From Eledone cirrhosa (taxonomy: Eukaryota), in NCBI GenBank assembly GCA_964016885.1, contig OZ024745.1, forward strand, positions 84,134,001-84,198,000: a stretch of DNA of 64,000 nt, given 5' to 3'. Below, piece after piece: positions 53,838 through 64,000 of this stretch (position 1 is the first letter of the stretch; every line of letters begins with the position of its first letter). Position numbers and translations under genes: made by a program. Below the pieces are notes generated by a model that saw only the letters and a program-made list of their open reading frames with translations, made no database searches and was not told the DNA's origin.

Positions 53838-54381
53838 TTATACCCTTTATTATTTCCTTACCTTATAAAATTATGTTTTTTCACAAAAAAGTATTCTGTC
53901 TCTTATATATTCCATGTGCCATTACCAACCTCAATTTTCTCTCTCTCTATATATATATATATATATCACGATAAATTAACGGAGCCATAGACTCTCGCTA
54001 TTCCCTGTCAATAATGTGCTCAAAGGAAAAGGAATCCTGAGCTCTTTAAAATACAATATGTTGAAAAGCTAACACACTAGAGAGAGATAGTGCGCCATCA
54101 ATAAAACAGGGAAAACCCACCAGTGTATGGAATCTATAACCTATGAAAGGCAGGGTAGACACACGATAATTAAAAATATAAATTAAAGTGTATATACATA
54201 CCTCTATAACTATATAGTTTTTTTCCCTGTTATTTATATGAATTCAATTAGATTTCGACATAAATACATACATACATATGTATATGAGTCTTGCTAATCT
54301 GGAGAGAGAGAGACAGACAAACAGACAGACAGACATGCACACATACACGCACGCACGCGCCCACACGCACACGCACACACA

Positions 54382-54432
<51 letters not shown>

Positions 54433-54433
<1 letters not shown>

Positions 54434-55975
54434 GAAGTAGTAACACAACAGTTAGTTCACTATAGCTAGAACAATTGTTTCACCTCAGCGGATCCTCAGC
54501 TCGTAATGGTCATGGTTATATGGAATAGGAAGGACAACCGTATGAACGCGCATGCGCAGAAACGGTCACTTCACCCAAGCAATACAAAACTGCGGGCGAA
54601 ATGTGTAAGGGAGATAACTGCGAAAGTCCGAAAGGTAGTTCCAGTTGAGGAAAAAATTAGGATGTTTTGTTATTCAATCCGGAGCTTTGTACTTATGTAA
54701 GAGGTGTTTCCAGACATGTGGACAACATGTGTGAAGATTTCAATTCTTGAGTTTAGGCAATCGCGTAATCTCCTTAAAATATTTATCCGTTCATCAATAC
54801 ATAGTCCACAAGACGGATTGCCCCCTGCGTATGGCTTGGACTTAGTGATTGCTTTCCATTGAATGGAGTAGTCTATACTTGAATCCTTGAGGGACCATAC
54901 GTGGCTCGCGAGTTTCGTGGATGATCGTTTGGCCGGGTACCTAAAGGTCGACTGATGGTTCAGGATGCGTTCCTTAAATCGGCCCTCTGCCATACCCACA
55001 TAGGATTTGACATCCTGTGGTTGATTTGGTCGGTTGGAAGTGACCACAGCTTCATAAACTTCAGCGGGTGTGTTGCATTGCTGTTGAAGGGGACAAGCTT
55101 CAGGCTTTCGGCAAGAGCACCCTAGTGGGGTGTTGCTCTTAGGGCTGTTGGTGATGTGGGCCTTCATATTCTTAGCGCAGGAGTACCCTAGTTTTACTCT
55201 GTGACTGTTAAAGATGGAGCGGTATTTGTGACCTATGAAAAAGTGTCTATCTAAGACGGCTAAAAAACCTTTTCCTACATTAGTTTTAACGTTGAGTGAG
55301 AAGGGAGGAAAGAACCAGATAGTTTGTCTATTGTTACGCTTTCTTTTCTTATTGCTGTTGTTGTTAGTGGGAGAGTAAGTGATAGGTTGCGAGAAGCCGC
55401 TGTTAGCTAACGCCGTGTTATAGTAGGGTGCCGCTCTGTTAGAGGAGAGGTTAGAGATTCTAGTACTGATATTATTTACGAAGTTTCTAAAATCAGTGGG
55501 AGGGTGACATGAGTCCTTGTGAATGTAATTGAGTTTTTCGTTAAGCTTATGGATGGGACTGTAGGCGTGTGTGCGAAGGTCTAAATTAATGTCTAAGAAA
55601 TCTACGCTAGAGAGGTTGGTAGCCACTGTTATCGTAAGTCCTAACTCATTAAAGGTAGAAGTTAAGTCTTTTTTAAACCGGTCGAGGTCGTGACCACTTT
55701 TATGGCTCGATAATGTCAGGCGATCGTCGCGGTATATTCCCGTGTGGAGGTCCGGGAATCTAACACGTAATAAGTCTAAAATAAATAGGCCAACCAAGTC
55801 GCATACGTCAGCACTGTCAAACGATCCCATGGAGACGTCGAATAGTTCTGAAGTGGTTGACTTCTTTGCCCAGGCTACTCCGTTGTTGAAGCGGCAATGA
55901 GCGATGATTTCCCTGTCTAAAACATGGACGGTAGTGTAAGTGATAGCAAAGTGCAACGCTTTGTTTAACAGGGTC
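54433..55975 (-). mobile_element. 5'-truncated Naiad-like Penelope element (RT C-half + GIY-YIG) in (TA)n
   Basis: FDVSMGSFDSADVCDLVG, GIYRDD, WFFPPFSLNVKTNVGKGFL, CSC..CPL..C, YVGMAEGRFKER..NH, HVWSLK, CGLC..E, LNSR.E. Weak hammerhead at 54468-54501. Confidence 0.85.
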
Positions 55976-55982
55976 TATATAT

Positions 55983-56215
55983 AAAGGGTAAAATAACCTT
56001 CGGTCATGAATAATCATATGTTTTGCACCTAGAAAGTTTCCCTCCGACGCACAAGCCCGGACAACGTATTCTTGTGAAAGACCGACAGCCGATAATGGGA
56101 AAGGCAAAGGCAAATACAGCTTGGCACCAGTGACGTCGCAACTCATTTTTTTAGCTGAGTAAACAGGAGCAACGGAAAATAAAGTGCCTTGTTCAATGAC
56201 TCAGCGCAAGCCTTC
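55983..56215 (-). mobile_element. CORE-like SINE
   Basis: Minus strand ttgaacaaggcactttatttt..gctcctgtttactcagct; homologous to 7835-8065. Confidence 0.6.
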
Positions 56216-56725
56216 ACTTATTTATATATATGTGTGTACGTTTTTGTATTTGTAGGAATGAGTGTGTGTTGGTTCTTCATTTAGAACAATAAAAATGACA
56301 AATATCGAATTGTTCTGTGGTGCCAATACATCTAACTATAGCTATCTGCCTATGTGTATGTCTATCTACCTACATGTATATATCTATATATCAATGTTGT
56401 ATATTTCTATCCTCCTATATATTTATGTATATTTACCGATGTATCTATCTTCGCACAAGAACAACAATGCGCAAATCTCAATAATAGTCCGAAGATAGAT
56501 AAAAACATTGGCAAATCAATATGATCGCAATTTAGTTGCACTGTGATTGATAACCAATATAGAAAATATGAAAGAAAAATATCATAATTGATTTAAATAA
56601 ATGTAAAGTACGCGATGGACTGTGTGACAACAGAGGAGGTCAAGGAAAACTAGAAAACTCAAGTATCTTTACATAGAATAATGTAGTATAGTTAATACGA
56701 AGCATTGTAAGGTATGTAATAAATG

Positions 56726-56853
56726 ACTAAGTTTCAGAAAGATGGTACAATGCGGTAGAAATGTGAAAAAAGGATAGATAATAGCCGTGTTTAGTTTTAT
56801 TTGTCATCCTTTGCCTTTTCTACCGCATTGTACCGGCTTTTTAAAACTTAGAC
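56726..56853. repeat. Old imperfect inverted repeat (about 50-bp arms)
   Basis: ggtacaatgcggtagaaa / tttctaccgcattgtacc. Confidence 0.7.
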
Positions 56854-57244
56854 TTTTTTGCATGGAATATCAAGGAATTATTAAATGCATTTGTTTTTTA
56901 CTATAAACCGCGTATAATTTTTTTGCATTTTCCAGCGTCTGTTTATATATATATATATATAATGATAATAATAATAATAATAGTAATAATGTTTCCTTTA
57001 TTGGCCGAAGTTGCAGCTGCGAGTAGCAGATTCGCAATCGATTTTCGAAGGCTGTCACAAATCACCCAATGAGAGAATATTCAATAAATTTATTCCTCAG
57101 AGTAACCACCATAATTTAGGTGTGAAAATGCGACCAGAAGCATGTTGCCACTTTAATACTACAACAACGAAAAATACAAACAGGTTAAAAACGAACCTGA
57201 ATACGACGGATTATATATATATTATAAAGAGTCGGGACCCGAGG

Positions 57245-57329
57245 GCCGACTAAGATCTTGCCGTTTCAACAACTAGCTTCAGACTATTTGCCGAAGGGCT
57301 TTGCGATGTACTGGCTGTTTCATCAGGGC
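57245..57329 (-). ncRNA. Type I hammerhead with extended stem II
   Basis: GCC CTGATGA AACAGC..GTTGTT GAAA C GGCAAGATCTTA G TC GGC. Confidence 0.65.
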
Positions 57330-57946
57330 TGTAGTTTGTCCAAATAAGGGTATACATTATTCATCCCATTGCAAATTTTCCTCATAGAAGTATTACTTTT
57401 TATGGTTAGGGATTGTTTGTGTGTGACGGTATATAGCTTAGTGTGTATGTATATGCATGTGTGCGTCAATGTACGCATGCGAGTATATCTACCTGTTCAA
57501 CTTGAGATAGAATAATCTCAATCTTGAGGTCGAATTATATTTAACGAAGATATATGAGGGTGTGTGTGTGTGTGTGTCTGCCCGCGGGCATGGTTATCGC
57601 GACATTTAGAAAACAAGGTTATAGAACTGCCGTCAGACTTAGCAGTAGATCACCATAATCAAGGAATTGTCCAATTCACCGATTTTCAAGTTATATTTGT
57701 CAACAAAGTGACAACTTCTTTGTTAGTTATCTGAAGAATCAAGGAACAACTAACCAGTGTTGTTATTGTAAAATTTAGTGGTTTTATTTGTTCGAGTTTA
57801 TTTACGAGTAATTAAGCCAGCACTTAAATTTCCGACATTTTATAATATAGCCACGTGTTAAATACTGTGTTGAGTAATGGTCTAACCAGTTTCAAACTGG
57901 TTCTATTCTGACTTATATATAAACATATATATATATATAATATATA

Positions 57947-58027
<81 letters not shown>

Positions 58028-58030
<3 letters not shown>

Positions 58031-59123
58031 CAATATATTTAGAAACACACAGATACATGCGGACACACACATATACATGAATGCATCCGCATCCAACCAT
58101 GAGTTAAGGGTGCCAACTTCACCGATGTTGCTCAATGAATGACTGGGACAGACCAATCCGGTTGAACTAGACTGAACCAGTATCAGAGTTAAAAATACAT
58201 TATGAAGAGAGAAGAAACATTTAGGTATAATTAGTAATAAAATGTATCATACCTAAACTGCTCCTAGATTCCTCGACTACGTAGTTTCGTGGCATAAACA
58301 AAAACAATACATCATAAAGATATAGAGTCCTTGCGAGGTCTGCCGACTTATCAAGAGGATACCTCATTTTACTAGTCTCAAGAACGCGTCTACACGACGT
58401 GAGAAAGAATCCCAAAAGGCGGAGGGGGAGATAGTCACGCGATATAACGGTCGAGAAACAGAGCTAAGCCTCTTATAACCCCGAAGAAAATACCACGGAG
58501 GCGGAGGGGGTATTTATATCGAAGCCGTAGAAGAGGTAGTGAAGGAGGCGAGAAGTATGAGTAATGGAAGCTTTCCAGCAGTCCCCACACTTCAAAGATT
58601 GCTCGACCAGAGGGAGTTATTAACAATATATTTAGAAACACACAGATACATGCGGACACACACATATACATGAATGCATCCGCACCCAACCGTGAGTTAA
58701 GGGTGCCAACTTCACCGATGTTGCTCAATGAATGACTGGGACAGACCAATCCGGTTGAACTAGACTGAACCAGTATCAGAGTTAAAAATACATTATGAAG
58801 AGAGAAGAAACATTTAGGTATAGTAATAAAATGTATCATACCTAAACTGCTCCTAGATTCTTCGACTACGTAGTTTCGTGGCATAAACAAAAACAATACA
58901 TCATAAAGATATAGAGTCCTTGCGAGGTCTGCCGACTTATCAAGAGGATACCTCATTTTACTAGTCTCAAGAACGCGTCTACACGACGTGAGAAAGAATC
59001 CCAAAAGGCGGAGGGGGAGATAGTCACGCGATATAACGGTCGAGAAACAGAGCTAAGATTCTTATAACCCAGAAGAAAATACCACGGAGGCGGAGGGGGT
59101 ATTTATATCGAAGCCGTAGAAGA
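58028..59123 (-). repeat. Tandem pLTR-like repeat, about 590-bp period (about 1.85 units), each unit with a hammerhead
   Basis: 58028 onward repeats at 58621 with near identity; hammerheads at 58271-58358 and 58860-58947. Confidence 0.92.
58271..58358 (-). ncRNA. Hammerhead (TTGATAA core variant, extended stem II)
   Basis: CCTC TTGATAA GTCGGCA...TGCCAC GAAA CTACGTAG TC GAGG. Confidence 0.7.
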
Positions 59124-59289
59124 TGCATTCATGTATATGTGTGTGTCCGCATGTATCTGTGTGTTTCTAAATATATTGTTAATAACTCCCTCTGGTCGAG
59201 CAATCTTTGAAGTGTGGGGACTGCTGGAAAGCTTCCATTACTCATACTTCTCGCCTCCTTCACTACCTCTTCTACGGCTTCGATATAAA

Positions 59290-59886
59290 AGTTTATCCGG
59301 GGGTTTACCTTACATATGATACACTTCCTATTGGTACAGTGGGTTTTCTTAAAAGGGTGGGTTTTGCTGATCAGGGATTTTATGGTGGTTCCTGGCTTTT
59401 CTACCACCTTAATTTTTAAGTGGGTCTTTCTCAGGGCCTTTCTACACTGGTTAGCTAATTTCCCTCCGGGGGTAGCGTCCACAAACATGACACTCTGGTA
59501 TCTCCGGTTGTCGTACCATGAGGTTGCTTTCTCTATCTTATGTCTAGCCCTATCTAAGCTATTCCATGATTTGCTCCTGTATAATAGGCAAATTCCTTTC
59601 ATGTCCAGTTCTATGAGGGTCTTATACTTCTCCATGGCTCCTTCGTATACTCTAACTCTGTCTCTTTGGTTGTAGCCAGAGAACTGCATGCGGTTGATGA
59701 AGTGTTGGATGTGTCTTTCCATTTCTGTTGGGTCGCACATGCGGGACACATTCTTCATCACTCGTACCAAATCTGCGATCAGAATATTAAACTTAGCACT
59801 ACTGGACATTGCTGAGTTTTTGAGTATCAGGTATTTGGAGGCCATGTATTTAGCATAGTGTAAGTGGAGAATTTGGGCTCTCTCGT
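59290..59886 (-). pseudogene. PLE RT thumb/linker fragment
   Basis: HYAKYMASKYLI..NSAMS..KFNILIADLVRVMKN..FINRMQFSGY..VMFVDATPGGKLA..IKVVEKPG..CTNRKCIIC. Confidence 0.8.
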
Positions 59887-59925
59887 CTATATATATATAT
59901 ATATATATAAACATATATATATATA

Positions 59926-61068
59926 CTAGCAGTGTATCCCGGCGTTGCACGGGTAAGAATATCGGTAATAGCACCTCCAATGAGAAACGTTTATTTGTGA
60001 GTGCATGTTAGAAACTCACGAAAGTATACCGACACGAAACTTGTTTTATTTGGAGAAAATTAAGAAGTTGAAAGTACAGTTTAGCTGTCTACGTGCATTG
60101 TTCATAGAAATATTGTTGAGCCCCTTCTTTTCATACTCCTCTGTTTTGGCCTTTTGGAGTAAATATGAAAGAATAGGTCACAGATTAAGTTGGCAGAAGG
60201 TTCCAGTGTCATAGCAGTAAGGCGTAGGCTACTTACCTCAAAAGTTCATTCGCACTCTTTCCATTAAGTTACTCTTTCTCTCTATCCCTCTCGGTGCAGT
60301 CCCTTGCAAATTTCTCACGTAGGCCTGGTGTAGATTTGCACCCGATCCATATGTCCGCTTTGTACGGTTTTGGAAGAAGGGGTGACCAGCAGTACGTTGT
60401 TCGGTATTATTACGAAAAGGTGTAGCAGAGAATCACGCGTCAACTAACAGCTCGGGAGGAAACTGCTTACCTCGAAGATTCATTTGCCAGCGTTCTTGTC
60501 AATGTTCCGTTTAGTTGGTATTTGTTGGTCTACAGTTAGATGAATGGCGCACAAAGGGTTTATGTTTATTGGCAAGAAGTGCAACTGGGCTGGCTTGCCT
60601 CGCGTATATTATATATTCAAATAACAGATTAAAGTTTAAGCAAAGAATCGCTGCTTTCACCCTTAACGGGATCTTCTGAAACTAAAAAAATCAATCTGTG
60701 AACGCAGAAGTAAATATTTCGAAAAACGTTGCAACCGAAGAAAAACAGGAAAATGATACTTTGGTTCGTGAAGACGTTCCCTGGTAATGAACGGATTATA
60801 GCGAACTTAATACGTCATCAATGTTTGTCAAAATGTCGTAATGCAGACAGTCAGACATACAGACAGATATTATAAGGGCGCGACGGAGATCGATAACCGG
60901 TGCCTAACACCCCTTTAACAACAGAAAATTGAAAAATAAAAGCTGCAGTTAATATCTTTAGACACCAAGGAATAAATAAATGCAAATTTGAAGTCAATCG
61001 GAGTAGAAATGTGGATTTGTATAGACTTTGCAAAAATGAGGACACACACACACACACAGACAACTACA

Positions 61069-61080
<12 letters not shown>
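59926..61080 (-). mobile_element. Non-autonomous Helitron-like element
   Basis: 3' CCCG TGCAACGC CGGG hairpin plus CTAG|T; shares about 110-bp and 48-bp blocks with 37468-37578 and 37851-37898. Confidence 0.7.
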
Positions 61081-61108
<28 letters not shown>

Positions 61109-61296
61109 CAAGGTCTAGCAAATAGAGAAAAGGTTTTTAAATAAATAAATAAAAATTTGCAGTACTTACTATATGTGCCTTTACTGCGGTTTCATACTCC
61201 ATAATAAACGGAAAATCCAAGCGGATTTCCATATATATATTTCGTTTTTGAATTTGTTTTGCAAAATTTCTTATCTGAAAACGTGTGATGAAACTG

Positions 61297-61742
<446 letters not shown>

Positions 61743-61864
61743 ATCTACCTAAATATACGGTAGTGTCCAAGCCGTATGAAGAACTCAATGTAATCCAAAT
61801 ATCATGAAAAGAGAAGATGTATTCAACATGTTTTCGATGAAAAACACAGGAAAACAGAGTCAAG

Positions 61865-62247
61865 ATAAATTAATAAAAACAATGAATAAAAACAAAGAAA
61901 CAGTTCCTTATATTAAAAAATTCATCATTTTACGATCGTTTCTAGGATATACATGTGTGTTGGTATGTATATCATATAGATCTATGTAAAAGTTTTACAA
62001 ACTATCAGAGGGAATATACATACCTACATATATATATGCTGTCTTCAGAAATAATTTATTTCTGAAGACAGCATATATATATGTAGGTATGTATATTCCC
62101 TCTGATAGTTTGTAAAACTTTTACATAGATCTATATGATATACATACCAACACACACATATATATCCTAGAAACGATCGTAAAATGATGAATTTTTTAAT
62201 ATAAGGAACTGTTTCTTTGTTTTTATTCATTGTTTTTATTAATTTAT
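61865..62247. repeat. Near-perfect palindrome (about 190-bp arms), each arm carrying a hammerhead; tail 61741-61864
   Basis: Centre at about 62055; flanked by (TA)n(GA)n and (TA)n. Confidence 0.93.
62058..62185 (+). ncRNA. Hammerhead with about 100-nt stem II region (mirror copy 61927-62052 on -)
   Basis: ATTT CTGAAGA CAG...CCTA GAAA CGATCG TA AAAT. Confidence 0.7.
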
Positions 62248-62279
62248 ATATATATATATATGTGTGTGTGTATATATAT

Positions 62280-62310
<31 letters not shown>

Positions 62311-62532
62311 AGTAAATAGATAGATAATAGATAGATGGTGGGTGTATACATATATGCATTATATGTATGATATTATATAACATATTATATCTTCCTCATT
62401 GGTTTCTAGTTAATTTCTCCTACTCGACATTTCCCAAAATATAGCTTCTTCTCAACCAGCCTTACACCTCGTACATTCCTTCAAGGCATTCTGAAATCTA
62501 AAATACGTTTCTCACACACACACACACACATA

Positions 62533-62617
<85 letters not shown>

Positions 62618-62630
62618 ATATATATGTATG

Positions 62631-62663
<33 letters not shown>

Positions 62664-62949
62664 GGGTGTGTGCGTGTGCGTGTGTTTGAATGTGTATATG
62701 CTAAATGAATTTCAATGACAACATACCTGTGAACCACCACCACTCTCCCTGCGCCAAACCTGCAGGCATTTCAGTTTTTAGTTGCCTGCCTCTGTTTTGC
62801 TGTCTTCCACTCTATCTATCTCTAGAGAATAATACATCTAATTTTCTTCATATAGATCTAGCATGTAGTTTTTCTCCAAAACACATTTCCTATCTACTCC
62901 ATTTAAGTATTCGCTCCATAAACACTACAATGCTTTAGTTTTTTACATA

Positions 62950-63135
62950 TACACTCAAACAAATACACTCACACCTATACTCCCACATAAATACACTCAC
63001 TCCTATACACTCATACAAATACACTCACTCCTATACACTCACTCAAATACACTCACACACATACACTCACTCCTATACACTCACACAAATACACTCACTC
63101 CTATACACTCACACAAATACACTCACACATATACA
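62950..63135. repeat. Minisatellite, about 26-bp unit (cacaaatacactcactcctatacact)
   Basis: Direct reading of the sequence. Confidence 0.9.
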
Positions 63136-63499
63136 CTAACATAAATACATTGACACTTATACACTTACACAAATACATATTCACTCACACAAATCCTATA
63201 TCTTATATGTATATTTATTCCCTTAGTCTCTACACCTTCTCCATCACCCTTCCACCTGTCATCTTCCTTTTTACTCCTGTTCTGTCAATATTTTTCTTTC
63301 CCTCGATCATCGATGATTTACTTTGTATCATTTATGATTTATGATTCATGCTTTTGCTTTTTTTTAAAAATCATTTTTCAATTTAAACGGTTCTCATGAA
63401 TGTCGCTTTATAATATATACATGTATATAATTATGAAATAATGACATACATGTATATATTATGAAAATGAAGAATGAATATAATACTTTTGCATATTAT

Positions 63500-64000
63500 A
63501 TCGATGATTATGAAACGCGAAATAAAAGACTTCAAGAATTAAATGAAATTCTACTCGAAAGACAGTACCCACCATTACTAATAAATAATGGAATAGAAAG
63601 GGCTAAAGCAATAGGCATTGATGAATTACGAAAACAGAAACAAATTCAAGGTACGTACAATATTCTATCATATATCTCAACATACAACCCAAGAAATGCG
63701 GAAGCTTACAACACTATTCACAAGAACATCCCACTATTGAAACAAGACCCAAGAATGAAAAAAACCCTTGAAACACAAAATAATCAAAAGCAAAAGACAA
63801 CCGAAATCACTAAAAACATTAGTCACCAATGCTAAATTATCTACCACAAACCCACAACCAGCTATCAAAACATGTGGTCGCTCTAATTGTGGAACCTGCA
63901 GTCACCTCATTGAAGGCAACACGTATACATTTCAATCAGGACAACATTTTGCTGTAAAAAATCACTTCACTTTCTCATCAAAAAATCTTCTTTATGCCAT
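63500..64000 (+). pseudogene. 5'-truncated PLE fragment related to 50355-52631; runs off the window
   Basis: RLQELNEILLERQYP..INNGIERAK, YISTYNPRN, CGRSNCGTC, VKNHFT..NLLYA; one frameshift. Confidence 0.9.

Larger units (their letters stand above)
49457..53940 (+). mobile_element. Penelope-like retroelement (Neptune-like), slightly 5'-truncated, two overlapping ORFs, inserted in (TA)n
   Basis: Intact RT-GIY-YIG ORF, microsatellite-rich 3' UTR, terminal hammerhead variant, (TA)n at both ends. Confidence 0.92.

Overview
AT-rich, microsatellite-dense animal genomic DNA with no confidently identifiable host gene. The SINE and LINE repertoire suggests an octopus or other cephalopod (inference). 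Almost all ORFs in the track are artefacts of (TA)n/(CA)n repeats. The window holds two R4/Dong-like LINEs sitting in (CATA)n and (TAA)n, a 5'-truncated RTE LINE plus RTE 3' ends, many tRNA-derived SINEs, three Helitron-like non-autonomous elements, and at least five coding Penelope-like (PLE) fragments of different clades. Main signal 1: an apparently intact PLE (49457-53940) whose upstream ORF overlaps the RT/GIY-YIG ORF, with a correctly phased T TTT TTA -1 slippery site. Main signal 2: about 20 type I hammerhead-ribozyme motifs in short, mostly unrelated elements inserted in or beside (TA)n-rich repeats. These repeatedly form 'inverted arm + sense copy + tail' hairpins or terminally redundant 415-590 nt monomers (retrozyme-like), and one family shows compensatory stem changes. 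All calls are by eye and coordinates may be off by a few bases.
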